Assembly (NCBI RefSeq): GCF_018977255.1
Contig: NW_024704742.1
Coordinates: forward strand, 51,214,001-51,278,000
Length of the DNA stretch: 64,000 bases
Direction: 5' to 3'
From: Callorhinchus milii
Taxonomy: Eukaryota
Of this stretch, positions 1 through 13,096 are shown one piece after another. Both the position numbers and the translations under genes were made by a program. Under the pieces are notes generated by a model. It was not told the origin of the DNA and searched no databases. It saw nothing but the letters and a program-made list of their open reading frames with translations. How positions within the stretch are numbered: the stretch's first letter is position 1; every line of letters begins with the position of its first letter.

Positions 1-574
1 TCTCCAGAAGTAAATTAAGTTGAAACAAACTACATCGCATTTTATGAAATGTACCTGCACACGAGTACAGATGGTGATAGACACTGAAAGCCCTTGTGTA
101 TTTTCTGTTTGCAGATCAACCAGAAATTGATCATTAGGCAAAAAAAATGTCTCACCAGGGTCTTAATGACTGATGAACAGTCTTGATCTCATTCTATACT
201 GCCAAATTAGATTTTAGTTCTGCATTAATATACCTACTTTGGCGACAGTACTGGAAAAGAACAAGATTGTTCATCAGTTAAACCGAGAGGATGGAAAAAT
301 CCTTTTCTGAATCTAGATCGATTTCCAGCTGCATACATCAACACAAACTATAAATAAAACTGTATAAAAGTCAATTGAACATTGTGTCATTTCAGGCTTT
401 AGCAAGTTGGCTAAAACCATAAACTTGAGTTTAGGATTCTCAGCCACAAAATACGCAGACAATCCACTTTACAATATATTCTATGAGATGTCTCAATGAT
501 GCGATACATTAAATGGCCACCTAGTTTGTTTCCAAAAAATATTCACTATAATTTACAATAACTATTATAAAATG

Positions 575-2705
575 TGTAAACTGGTCTGAACTGTTAGTGG
601 GTAAACCTGCAGATGAACATGGGAAGTATTCAAAAAAGTATTTGATACAATACAGAACAAGTACATACCCTTAACTTGCAAAAGCTCCAATCGGGTAGTT
701 AAGCAACCATGGTGGACAAAAGAGTGAACTGTATTAAGCTAAAAGGCTTACTCAACTGCAAGAAAAAATGGAAATGCAGAGGACTGGGAGAACTACAAAA
801 GGCAACAAAGGGATACAAAGAAAGTAATAAGAAGAGTAAAAAGGGAGTGTGAAAAAAAACTTGCAAGGGTTATTAAAACCAATAATAAAACCTTTTATAA
901 ATATATTAAGAGAATGGTCAAGGAAAATGTGGGTCTGTTAAAGACAGTTGTAGGTGAGACTTTTAACGAAAAATAAGGAAATGGCTGACTTGTTAAATAA
1001 ATACTTCGCTACCGTTTTTATAGCAGAGGATGAGGACAAAATACCAGCTGTACAGGGTTACCTAAAAATAAGTCAAAGAAAAATGCTTAATAAAATTAAT
1101 ATAACTAAAAAAATGGTAAATAGAGAAAATAATGAAACTCAAGATAGACCAATCTCCAGTACCTGACAGTTTCCACCCCAGGTTGTTAAAGGAAATAGGA
1201 GAGGAAATTGCAGATGCATTTGTCATAATTTTCCAAAGCTCCCTTGATTTGGGAATTGTGCCCTGAGATTGGAAAATTGCAAATGTCACCCCTTTATTTA
1301 AGAAGGGAGGGAGGGAGAAACCAGTGAACTACAGACCTGTCAGCTTAATGTCAGTGTAGGGAAGTGTGAGGAAAATACTGGAATCCATCATCAGCGACAG
1401 AGTGACTGAACACTTGGACAGATATGAGCCAGTCAAAGAGAGTCAGCATGGGTTTGTGAAGGGTAGGTCATGTCTGACTAATCCAGTTGAATTTTTTGAG
1501 GAGGTCACTAAAATGGTGGATAAGAGCATGTCTATGGATGTTGTTTATATGGACTTTCAGAAGGCATCTGATAAGGTTCCACACAAAAGATTATGAGCAA
1601 AAATGGAAGCGCATGGAGTCAAAAGTAACCTTGTGACGTGGCTTGGTAATTCGTTGGGAGGCAGGAAACAGAGGGTAGGGATAAAGGGAACGTTCTCTGA
1701 TTGGCGGGATATGACAAGTGGTGTTCCTCAGGGGTCTGGACTGGGACCCCATATATATATATGAATGACTTGGATGAAGGACTAGAAAGTTTTATATCCA
1801 AGTTTGCAGACGACATTAAGCTAGGAGGCTCAGTAAGTTGTGTAGATGGGAGTAGGAAGTTACAAAGGGACTTAAGACAGATTAAGTGAGTGGGCAAAGC
1901 TGTGGCAGATGGAATTCAATGTAGGGAAGTGTGAGGCCATCCACTATGGATGGAAAAACAATGAAGCAGAATATTTTATTAAAGGAAGAAATTAAGAACT
2001 GTGTACGAGCAAAGGGATTTGGGTGTCCATATCCAGGTGCAAAAAGTAATCAAAAAGGCGAATGAAATGTTGGCCTTTATCTCAAGGGGCCTGAAATACA
2101 AAGGGGAAGAGACGATGCGTCAGCTGAATAGAGCGTCAGTCAGACCCCATCTGGAGTACTGCATTCAGTTCTAGGTATCACACCTCAGGAAAGATATATT
2201 GGCCCTGGAGAGGGTGCAGTGCAGGTCCACCAGAACGTGACCAAACCTTAAAGGGCTAAGTTACGAAGAAAGGCTGTGTAAACTTGGATTTTATTCCCTT
2301 GAGTTCAGAAGGTTGAGGGGTGATTTGATTGAGGTGTTTAAGATGATAACAGGATTTGATACGGTAGATACAGAGAAGCTATTTGCTCTGGTAGGAGAAT
2401 CCAAAACAAGGGTCATAGTCTTAAAATTAGAACCAGGCCATTTAAGAGTGAAATCAGGAAGCATTTTTTCACTCAAAGGGTGGTAGAAATCTGGAATTCT
2501 CTTCCACAAAAGGCCATGGATGCTGGATCCATCCACACCTTCAAAAATGAGGTTGATAGATCTTTGATAAGTCAGGGTATTAAGGGATATGGGCAAAAAG
2601 CGGGAAATTGGAATTGAAAGGATTAGTTGAGGTACAGATCATCTAATTAAATAGTGGAACAGGCTCGAAGGGCTGAATGGCCTTGTCTTGTTCCTATGTT
2701 CCTAC
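575..2705 (+). mobile_element. CR1-clade LINE, 5'-truncated, decayed ORF2 (RT) plus 3' UTR
   Basis: Frameshifted RT fragments EMADLLNKYFATVF (954-1166), KILESII..SQHGFVKGRSCLTN..DVVYMDFQKASDKVPHKRL (1366-1596) and YMNDLDEGLESFISKFADDIKLGG (1701-1889). Ends in a CR1-type tail gggctgaatggccttgtcttgttcctatgttcc at about 2670-2702. Confidence 0.93.
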
Positions 2706-3701
2706 CTGCATTGCACCTTAGAGGTAGAATTGCTACCACCACAAATTCTATTAGATTTGTCGGCTTCTCTGGGAGCATCAAAGCTTGTTTATGACACAAA
2801 ATGGACTTACAAGGATAGATTTCAGCTGGCTCGCACCCAAAGCAACCACGCATTACTCATATCACATAGCCTTTTGTTTTGGAAACTGCACATTGAAGCT
2901 TATTAATATTTTATGAAGCAACCTTTCAATGGATCCACGGTATAAAATTTTTTCATTCTCTCTCCTTGGTTGTTTTACACTACATAAGCTTTTACATTTT
3001 TCACAACTGCAGTGAAATTTACGTCAAATTATCTCATGGCACAGAAGCATCTCTGGTTTACTAAAACCACAAGGTTCAAAATCTAACTCCTACCCAAATA
3101 CTTTCTTGATGTTATGGTTTTCCTTATCATAAGATGGAAACAAAACACATTAATTAAATCATTTGTAACCCATATGGGGTTGCCAATCTTCTCTTGCACA
3201 TATAAATTGAAGGAGAGACAAATAATGGTATTCATTTAATTTTGCAGTCCACTACAAATCTGACAGCTCTTTCATTCACATCATCGTTTAATGTCATCTA
3301 TACTAATACCACAAAACAAACTAATCAATGTTTTGGTGAAAGGCAAGGAACCAAAGCGTATTTTTTTCTTGCTTTAAATGAAAATGATTTACTGTCTGAA
3401 TTAATTAATGATCCCATTACAGTTAACATTGTCATTAACTACAAGACTTGCAGTAATGCTTTGTACAAATTAGTCTGTCAGTAGAAAATATGTTTCCACA
3501 GCAATATGATGCTACATGCTTATGGCCGAAGATTTATCACACAATCAATCTTAATGAAGTTAATTCTGAATTATATTAATAAGAAACAGCCATCCTGCAT
3601 TTTCACAAGTAGTAGAATTTTTCGTAAGAAGTAGAGTAAATTCAAGCGTCTCAGCCATTGACAATCACATACAACAATCAAATGCCAATACCATTCCTTA
3701 C

Positions 3702-3755
3702 CTGATCAAATTGTGAGTCTTCACCTCTTTGCAAAGATCTGGACAATGGTTTCTC
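3702..3755 (-). CDS. FRYL: FRYL coding exon (54 nt, EKPLSRSLQRGEDSQFDQ)
   Basis: Minus strand reads ttttgtcttctag|GAGAAACCATTG...TTTGATCAG|gtaagg, phase 0/0. The peptide matches the FRY/FRYL segment that follows MAEPL (recalled human FRYL EKLLSRSLQRGEDLQFDQ). Confidence 0.95.
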
Positions 3756-5299
3756 CTAGAAGACAAAATAATAGTTGGTAACTTCTCTGTGCCTTCCAAA
3801 CAACACTGGTGTCATAATGCCTACATTGAGCAAAGAAAAACAAATTGCTGCAAATCTCCAATGTCCCTGGTAAATAATATGTTTCCTAAGACAGTTACCT
3901 CAATATTTTTAAAAGTAGTGGGAACCATGTTAACATCTCTTCAAGGCAATACCAGCATTTTGTATCAAGTGACTATTGTACTTACAATGTTTGATTTGAC
4001 TACTGAAGGACCCCAAAATCAGTGAACTAAAGAACAGCACTATGAAGAAAATATAAAGTCAGTTTTTCCTAAAATTGTAAGACTTTGTTTTCAACACTTC
4101 ACTGGTTTAATGTTCTCGAGACAGATTAAGGCTGTGGTTGGTTCATCACGGTTTCAGGCATAGCGATACATGGACAGAAAGGTGTGGAAGGCATTCTGAA
4201 GAGGAAAATAATTCCATTGGTGGCAGAGATTCTAGATTTATCGGTTGCAGAAGAATGTGGTTTACAGAAAATAATCTTCTACATACATTGTGGAGCTCTT
4301 TTTATGATAACAATGTAATCATAATCATAGTTGCTAATTTAGCTAACAGCAACTTTATAAATTCTTCACCCCTAGGGACCATTTGTTGGCCATCCTTGGA
4401 AGCTCTGTAGATCACGAATGATGGTGCAAGTGGGATCTATATAAAAGCACTAGATATAACTAATTGCAGGAACGGGATAAGACCATTCAACTCATTGAAC
4501 CATTTATTTGATCATGGCAGACCTGTAAACCTATTTCCCCACCATTTCTCCATATTCCAGTATTTCTCTTTTATAAATCTCAATCAATTCGACATCTACA
4601 GCCTTCTAAAGCAGTGCATTCTAAGTCTGAAAAAATGTTTTCTGATCTTATTTCTACCCTATGTGGCCCAAGGAAAAACATCCCTGCAGTCAATCCAAGT
4701 TTGAAGCCAGAATTTGATATAAATCAAAATTTTTCACAAAAACAGTGCCCCAGGCAAACACATACTCAGTATCCGAATGGAAGATCTTACTTGGCAATTA
4801 CCCAAAGATATGTGACTATCCAGGTTTGGCAAAGTAAAGCATCAAGTGTAAGTAGCGTTTGCAATGCAATCAGAGGATTGAGCAAAGGTGTTATAAAGGG
4901 AGCTTAATAAGAGTATGCAACAGATGTTCGATATAGATAAGCCGAAACATGGTGCTACATACAAATGAATCTCTTAAACAAAAGTTCCTCCCTTTTGATT
5001 TCCTCATCCAGCTATAGTGTGTGAGGGTGACAGACGGGAGAAACAGTTATAATCCTATTATTTAGACAAACTGAAATTAATCATCATTGCTTTGCAAACA
5101 GTTAGCTTTCAAACACCCAGGGCTATGTCAGTCTACAGTTTTTAGCAGCTTCCTTTTTTGTAGAGGAACCCAAACTTAAATATTGACCTCTTTATAAAAT
5201 TTTTAGTTTCAGTAAATTACAAAAATGTGGATTACTTAATAAGAAACCACTTGTTTGTGCACATTTCCTATCACAGGGAACAGAAAGAATGCTTCACTT

Positions 5300-5790
5300 A
5301 TATAAATTGTTAGTCAGAACTCAATTGGAGTATTATGTCCAGTTTTCGTCACCCCAATTTAGGAAGGATGCTATTTGGGAGACAGTAGAGATTTACTCGG
5401 GTGATGCCAAGGATGGCATCTCAATACTCATTGATATATGAATAGATAATAGAGGAATTGGGCCTATTTTCATCGACAGAGATCTTTAAAAGAATGAGAA
5501 ATTTTGATAGAATTTTTTTCTGACTCACTGATGGATCAGTTACTAGAAGGTATCAATTTAATTTAATTACTAAGGGAGCAAAGGGCGATTGAGTCTTTTT
5601 TGTACACACACTTGTTAGGATGTCGAATGCCTTGCGGAAGCAGTGATGGAGACTGAATCCATGTTAGCTTTCAAGAGAGAACTAAATAAACATCTAAAGA
5701 GGAATAACCTACAAGGGGTATGGGCAAAAGGCAAGTAAATGGGACTGAATGGATTGCTCTGGCAGAAGCAGCACAAACACAATGAACTTT
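5300..5790 (+). mobile_element. Old CR1 LINE 3' fragment
   Basis: Degenerate similarity to the 3' part of the CR1 at 575-2705 (ttggagtattatgtccagttt..tttaggaaggatg; gctttcaagagagaactaaataaacatct..caaggggtatggg). Confidence 0.7.
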
Positions 5791-6725
5791 CTTTGCAGTA
5801 AAGTTCAATGCCTCTAAACAATAGGCATGCTTCATATTTTAAACTCATTTCCACTATAAAACATTTTTTAATAACAGGACCATCAGAAAATCCAGTCCAG
5901 AATACAAACCAACCACTCGCTTTGCTTAAATCAATACTAACTAAAGGGATGCTCAAGAAACAGAAAAGTAAAAACGTTTCTAGTTACTTGATTGGCACAA
6001 TGTGAAAAAAAAACTGTATTGCAATGCTGTATTTCCACCTAATATTAAAAATGAAAGCAAAGTTCATTAGCTTGCAATGAAATTCAATACTAAAAATATT
6101 CATGGTTCCTAAGGGCGCTTCTTATCTCTAGTCCTGCCACCCCTTCTGCATTTTGATTTTGGAAGTGACCGGTAAACTAACAGTCATTGACTTGTCCTTT
6201 TTAGTCAGCAAGTAACTGTATGACTACGACCACTGCAGTGTTAAATAAAACCATGGCTACGTGGCATTTCTTACTGCAATGTAGTTTCCACTCTGCACTG
6301 CGTAATTGCTGATCTGGAGACTTAAATCCACTGTGTGTATTGATAGTGATACAGCATTGTCATGACATCACTGCACTGCAGTCTGCACTACAGAATACAC
6401 CTATGGAACTCAGTTATTCACATCTAAGTTTGCTGCAGTATAGGTACATCAATAGTGCTGCTTGAAATTGCTCCACACAAATTGCTTGGCTCCAAGTGAA
6501 TATTTCTGCTGAAGCAAATAGTGAGGAGGTAGCAATGAAAACTCCAACCAAATCCACATACAATCTGGAATAGAATTTGTAACTAGGCATCCTCCAGGAG
6601 TACATTTAAAATCATACAACACCCATATAGCACTGATTTCATGGCTGTCAGACAGTACTATGTGCAAACTGGTTTCCACAATCACCTACAAAACAAAAAG
6701 TCACTAAGTCCTGGTCACAGAGCAC

Positions 6726-6975
6726 ATCATTTATAACCTTGACGAGTGCAGTCTCAGTGCTGTGAGCAGGGCAGAAACCAGACTGACAGGGCTTGAGCAG
6801 GGAGTGGGAGAAAAGGTGTGAGCGAAGTTGGGTTGCGATGAAGCATTCCAGGACTTTAGAAAGGGTAGGCTTGAGATGGGCTGGTGGTTAACAAAGTTTG
6901 ACAGAACAGGGCTTTTTTTTTAAAGGAGAGGGATAATGACAGCATTTTTCAGGGGGAGCAGGACGATGGTGGGGT
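6726..6975 (-). mobile_element. L2 LINE RT fragment
   Basis: Minus-strand translation gives ..QPISSLPF..KVLECFIATQLRSHL..QSGFCPAHSTETALVKVIND, the L2 RT N-terminal motif. Confidence 0.8.
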
Positions 6976-7082
6976 GGAAGGGACAGGGGACTTGCAGCAG
7001 GCTTTTGTTAGCAGTTATGCAAATGATACCCAAATCTATTTTGGTTGAGAACTATTCTAGTTGCGATCCCAGTCCTACCGAT

Positions 7083-7810
7083 GTTCTGACTGTCAGCTTG
7101 TCTGACATCGAGACCTTGATGATCCACAGAGCTGAATGCAGACAAGACAGAAGCTATCGTCCATGGCTCCTTGTCAACACATTCTCACCTGCGGTTCTGA
7201 ACTCTTTGACTTTCCCTGCCAATCCTTCAGACTCACCAAACCTGTACACAACCTTAGCGTAAAGTTCAATTCCTAATTATCCTCCCTACCCCGCATCAGG
7301 TGCCTGACCAGTACTGCCCTCCTCAACTTCATTAGCTGCCTTCACCCCCATTGTGTTTTGAAAACTGCACGTTTCTCATCCTCGCTGCTCCACCATTGAG
7401 GGCTGCACTTTCAACTACTATGAGAACTGTTCTAGTTGCGATCCCAGTCCTACTGATATGCCATATTTATATATTACTGATTTGAATACTGAAATATTCT
7501 TATTGCACCAAAAACATAATAGTTAGTGCTGCAGAGGATCATGTATCAACTACCATCTCTCAGGTTTTTGGGTTGCAACGATGCCTTGAATTTCTGGAAT
7601 TCCCTGCCTCAATCCCTTCGTTGTGCTCCCAATTTTACCAATTTTCTGGATGGAATAATAATGCAACACCTGAAGACTTTCCTCTTCGACTGTGCCTTCG
7701 ATCACCTCCCCTCTCTTTCCAGCTCGGCGTCAACCACACTACTGTTAAGTGCTTCAAGATACTACCTGCGTGAAAGGTGCTATATAAAGGCAAGTTCTTA
7801 TTGTTGTAGT
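7083..7810 (+). mobile_element. Decayed L2 3' fragment interrupted by a templated insertion at about 7421-7583
   Basis: Contains gcttgtctgacatcgag, caccattgagggctgcactttcaactac, tttctggaattccctgcctcaatccc and the L2 tail gtgaaaggtgctatataaaggcaagttcttattgttg, as in other L2 copies in the window. Confidence 0.7.
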
Positions 7811-8364
7811 TTGTTACTATTCTTGCATTAACAACTGTTTATAGTTACTGAAGGAACCTGACACTTAACAGATGGAACTGTTAGTTATGTGTCATGAGTA
7901 GATAATCTGATATTCCATTATATGTCATTATGCTTAGGCCCTTTACCATACCGGAATCAGACATTTGAACATGTCTCTCTTTTGGGAGCGATCATGACTA
8001 TATAGTATAAGTGAAACAGAGAAACCAAGGATAGTGACATTCTCCGCACCTCTATTCCAAACCACACAAAAGAATATGATCTCACTGAAGGAATAGAGAA
8101 TTTGATAAAAAATGAGTACATACTGGCATCTACCCAGCAGGATATGATTTGAAGAAGTGGAAAAACCTGAGAGATAGTAGTTGATTCATGATCCTCTGCA
8201 GCACTAACTATTATGTTTTTGGTGATTGACTAATGGGCTATTTTATCGTTTGTGCCATAATCAAGGTAGGAATGGATAAAGTCTCACCAACTATTGCATC
8301 TGGCTCGTGCAATAAAAATTGGTTGGTGCAGTATTCAAATCAGTAATATATAAACAGCAATATA

Positions 8365-8505
8365 TAAACTATTTGGATAGGTACTTAAAAAGACAAAAAA
8401 ATGCAGGGCTATGTGTTAAGAGCGGGGGAGTGGAACCAGTTGGTAGCTCTTTCAAAGAGCCGAAACAGGCACAATGCGCCGAATGACCTTCTGTGCTGTA
8501 AGATT
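8365..8505 (+). mobile_element. CR1 3' tail fragment
   Basis: tggataggtactt..atgcagggctatg..gctctttcaaagagcc..ccgaatgaccttctgtgctgtaag; the same tail occurs at about 61430-61530. Confidence 0.65.
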
Positions 8506-9552
8506 GACCTGATGACAAGTTGACCTGAAGGCTGTGAACATTTGCAAAGTAAAATACATGTTCAGCCTAAGCACATAAATAGCAGCTTGCCATACATCAT
8601 AACCACCCATACTGCAAGTCTGATCAGATAGTACTGAGAATGTTAGTGCCTCTCCTGCATTACTTGTAAGGTTGGAATTCGGAAATCTAGGTCAATGGTT
8701 CTTGTAGAGGTATATGCACACATGGTCCTGTACAAACTTGTGCCACATCGTCATTATTACCAAAAGTATTTTTTCCTTGGCATGTCTAAAGCATGACTAC
8801 TTGAAGGATGGGTAACCTGAATACAGTCCTTATTAAATGCACATCACTTGCCCACCCTCTTGCCCCAGGTGAGTAGGAAAAGAGGGATTTCATACCTTCC
8901 AGTTCTAAACATCTGCACTTCTCACTTATTTTGAATTAAAAATACCACTGGCATATTTACCAGATTTCTTTCAGCTGGTTTCCCATGTCAAATTTTCCCA
9001 TGTCAAACCCAAAACAAGAGTATCAAACTCAGCAACATAGCTCTGCAAATGCAGAGGTGGAGTCTGACTGTCTAAAAAGTACTTTACTCATCAGAGCTGG
9101 AAGAATCTACAGTACATCATACTGTAGACAGCAAATAAAGCTTTAGATTTTCTTTTATTTTTTAAGGACTTTTTTGCACCAGAGATCGCAAAACTGATCT
9201 TTAACAACTTCACAAATACACTATTACATATCCAAGAGTTCTACTGCATGCGCCAATTGCAAACATTATTTCCACATTATGAACAAAAACTCTTACTAGA
9301 CGTCAGAACAATGGATCGACTCAGTCCAGTCTAAAACAAAGTCGTAATGTTATTTGTAAATCAGTTACAGCTGCTGAGGGACAACAAATAACTCAGTCAA
9401 CCATATAAACAACAGTCTTGTTTACTTCTGAATAAATATGATCTAATAATCAGCAGGTATTTCCATTGAATTTGCAAGTAGAATATCAGAAATTTTGTTT
9501 GCTGCCCTAGTTCATAGTTAATCTAAAAGGGACTTTAGGAGGAGATTATGAG

Positions 9553-9663
9553 AATAATAATAATACTTGCATTTGATATAGCGCCTTGTCATGTCTTTGA
9601 GACGTCACAAAGCATATACTGTAAACTGAATTGACAATATATTTTGTGGGCAAAACGTGGAAC
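9553..9663 (-). mobile_element. SINE 3' tail fragment (L2-type tail)
   Basis: aataataataatacttgcatttgatatagcgcctt..ttgagacgtc matches the tail of the full copies at 18801-19101 and 29773-30143. Confidence 0.75.
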
Positions 9664-10330
9664 TATTTTGTGAGCGAGAACATGAAACTCACTGCCGGAT
9701 AATACAGTTGAAGCAAAAATCAATCCACGACTGTTTGTGGGTGAAGGCTGATTTGGAGCATAAACACCAGAAAAGGACTGGTTTGGTCGAATGGCCAATT
9801 TCCCCGTCATATCATTCTTTGTATATCTACGTAATGAACAAGCAGAAAGGGGTGAGGCCAGGATAATGGACTCATTTAAGAAACAATTTGGTGATAGTCC
9901 AAGTACTCTGGAAGGTTAACATCAAGTGGGCTGAAGGACCTTCTTCATCCAAAACCAGTTATTATGTAATACCTGCCCTTTCACCTCCTCCCAGACCACT
10001 ATCCAAAGGCCGCAAACACAGCTTCCATATAAGACAGCGGTTTGCATGTACTACCACCATGTAGTATACTGTATCTGCTGCTCATGGTGTGGTCTCCTCT
10101 ATATTGGGGAGACTAAGCGCAGATTGGGTGACTGATTTGCAGAACACCTCCGCTCTGTACGCAAGGTCAACCCTGATCTTCTGGTCCTGCCATTTTAACA
10201 CACTTCCATTCACAGTCTGACCTCTCCATCCATGATCTCCTATGCTGTTCCAATGATCCACAACGAAAGCTTGAGGAACAGCATCTTATCTATCTGCTGG
10301 GGACCCTACAGCCCTCCGGCCTCCATAAAG

Positions 10331-10546
10331 TAAGTGAATTGACTGTATATTTGTGGGCGAAACGCGGCAGGCAATTGCGCACAGCAGTGTCCCACAAACA
10401 GTCATGGATTGAAAATGACCAATTTATTATTGTTTTGTTTTTTGGAGGGATTATTATTAGGCGTGTGGAGTAAGGAAACTTACCCAAGGTTTGCCAGGTG
10501 TCTCACTTGCAAGGCGAGTGCTCTAACCACTGAGCTACAGGACTCC
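10331..10546 (-). mobile_element. tRNA-derived SINE (3'-truncated) nested in the Penelope element
   Basis: Head on the minus strand GGAGTCCTGTAGCTCAGTGGTTAGAGCACTCGCC; body matches 18801-19101. ctccataaa occurs on both sides (10321 and 10555). Confidence 0.85.
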
Positions 10547-10880
10547 ATGTGTGACTCCATAAAAGCTCACCTTCCCCCCTCACCCTCTTTCTGTTACCAG
10601 AAGAGTTATCTTCTGTTATCATTACAATCATCACCCCAGACACTCTTTGCCTCTCTCTGGTGTGTTGCCCTGCACTATTAACACCTCTTCTCCCCACTTT
10701 TGTTTCAACCCAACCCCACTTTTGTTGTATAACCCCCCTTTTGTTTTACGCCACTATCTCCTCTTTAATCCATCAACTAAAACATTCTCTCCTTTGCCTT
10801 ACAATGTCTTATTTGCCGTCCTTGTCCTGCCTCCATCGCTCAAACTTGTCCTTAAAAACCTCTGCCTCCCAACATGCCCC

Positions 10881-10920
10881 TGCTCTGTCGAAGGGTCGTG
10901 GACCCGAAAGGTTGACTCAA
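10881..10920 (+). ncRNA. Degenerate minimal type I hammerhead ribozyme motif in the Penelope pLTR
   Basis: CTGTCGA-A-GGGTC/gtg/GACCC-GAAA-GGTT-GACTC. Two substitutions from the three-copy consensus CTGACGA-A-GGGTC/GTG/GACCC-GAAAC-GTT. Confidence 0.6.
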
Positions 10921-12680
10921 TTTCCTTTCTCCGTAGATGCTGTCTGACCTGCTGCGTTTTCCCAGCTCTCTCTGTTTTTGTTTCAGATTCCAGCATCTGC
11001 ATTATATTGTGTTTTGTACCAGTTATTATCTTCCAGCTCCCAGTTTTATATGCTGAAATTGTCCCAATGTTTCCCAGTCGTGTCAGCTCTTCCTCCCTTT
11101 GTTCTCCTGCCTCATCTTTGCATCGCTGTGTTAGAATCAACCCCACTACATCATCTTCTCATTGACAAATTTGTACAATGCAGATCAACAGCTGCAAATC
11201 AAACAAAAAATTAAATGCACAAAAATTCCTAATTTTTCAAGGTTATTTTTTTCTAATGGTTGGTTTTTATTTATTTAAAAAAACTATTTTAGTGTGTTTA
11301 GAAGTGGGTGCCTTGAGCACTAGCTTTGAATCATATCAAGACAGGAGCAGTCCCACGGGGGCCTACAGAGGTGATTTCCGATCAAGCAGCAAACCTCAGC
11401 CATAAGAAATCCCTTATGAACACTTGGAACTCAGTGTTCTCGAGCTAAAGCATTCACATCTGTCAAGAGACCACAACGCCAGCCTGAACTCCATGTCTGA
11501 TTGGAACGACAAGGTTTAAACACAAGGCTGCTCATGCATGCACAGTGTAAGCAGAAAAAGATGTGGAGGGGTTTGAGCGATTCTGGAGAAAGACACTGTT
11601 GAGGGAGAGACTTGTGAACATTAGGAGAACAAATTTAATTTTTGTGAATAAAGCCACATTAAAACTCTTGTTTTTTTAAAAAAGGAGCCCATGTTAGAAA
11701 GCATTCACACTATATAGTAATTGATACATAGATTCCCCACTGTTGGATACTAATTAATAAATAAGGATCAATGAAAGGGGATCAGGAGGTAGAGAAAGTA
11801 GGAAGCAGGAAGAACTCAGTAGAGGGTTTTTGGTGACTGATTTTTGTAACTGGTGAGCTAAAATAGAGTGTTCTACACATGTTTGTTGAGAACATAACAC
11901 CCACTACAAGTAGAATATATTATGTAAAGAAAATAAGCCAAAGCTAACTTATCCACTGGAGCAGAATAAGGACATTAATTATAGAAAATTGGGTTTCAAA
12001 TTCTTTACAGATAAAGTAGACCCAGAAAAGAGGAAATTTACAACCGAAAGTGGGTTGAATAAACCAAACCCACTATATATCGATTGATGATGGGTTAGAT
12101 TTGATTGTATTGTAACTACATTAAATTCCTGATAACTCGACCATGGTTTAACTTGCCACCATCACTTCTCATCATGCTGTCAATATCCTAGCTGCTTTTA
12201 TGTATTTATACATATGCCTAACTCATCACTCTGGATAACTTGCCACTGAACTGATTGCCCTTGGGAGTGTTGAGTTATCGGGAGTTTACTGTAGATTTCC
12301 TTTAGCCAATCGTATAGGTTATTGACAACTTTTCTGGGCATTCCTTTGCACATGGAATCATTATGTGTAACTGTGGGGTGGACTGTTCTGCAAAGGTAAC
12401 AGTGCATGAAGAAATCCACATTGGATGTGCTCTTGGCAGTTCAAACATCTGAACTCTCATTGAAGAAGCCGATACAAATACCATGTGATATTCTTTTCCG
12501 TAGTTCAGTTAATCTCTTCAATACTTTTCCTGACTTTGGGGGCTGTATAATGACCATTTAAATGCCTGAATTATTCTGCATGATACTGCAGAAGCAGTAC
12601 AAAGAGAACTAGTTCTTAAACAGCCTGACAATGCTGGTACTGGCACTCAATATACCCCACCTCATATTCTTCTGTGTGTC

Positions 12681-13096
12681 AGCCTGGCTCTGTTGTTAGC
12701 ACTCTCACCTCTGAGTCAGAAGGTTGTGTGTTCAAACCCCAGTTTGGGACGGAACTCAATAGTGTAAGCTGACACTCCAGTGCAGGGTTGGGAGTATGCT
12801 GCATTACTGGAGGTGCTGCCCATCAGATAACATTAAACTGAGCTCCTGCCTGTTCAAGTGGACGTTAAAAATCCCATGGCACTATTCGAAAAGAGGAGGG
12901 AGTTTCTCCCAGTCCTAGACAATAATCCCCCAAACATAATTGGCCATTCACTTCATGGCTGTTTGTGGGACACTGCTATACGTTCAATTCCCTGTCGAAA
13001 AAGTATACAGTCCCTCTGCTTTACATTAAATTCTGTGAAGCACTTTGAGATGTCCTCCTGACATGAAAGAGCTATGCCAAATGCATAATTATTATT
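12681..13096 (+). mobile_element. DeuSINE-type SINE (SacSINE1/AmnSINE1-like Deu domain), near full length
   Basis: tRNA-like head (ggctc..ttagcactctcacctctgagtcagaaggttgtgtgttcaaacccc), Deu-domain core (gctgacactccagtgcag..gtggacgttaaaaatcccatggcactattcgaa) and L2-type tail (tttgagatgtcc..tgaaagagctat). Family name recalled, not searched. Confidence 0.8.

Larger units (their letters stand above)
9962..11012 (+). mobile_element. Penelope-like retroelement 3' end: GIY-YIG endonuclease remnant plus terminal repeat (pLTR), split by a SINE
   Basis: CNTCPFT from 9965. From 10061: VVYCICCSWCGLLYIGETKRRLGD*FAEHLRSVRK..HFN..KLEEQHLIYLLGTLQPSGL, the GIY-YIG domain pattern of Penelope-like elements. 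10881-11012 is homologous to the inverted arms at 57207-57425. Confidence 0.85.

Noticed and set aside
1..3701. Next FRYL exon (expected LISSMSSVAEHCLPSLL-like peptide)
   Set aside because: Not found by eye; most of this stretch is CR1, so the exon probably lies beyond the left edge.
10647..11165. 172-aa hydrophobic ORF
   Set aside because: Pyrimidine-rich Penelope 3' region and terminal repeat; composition-driven, with no recognisable domain.
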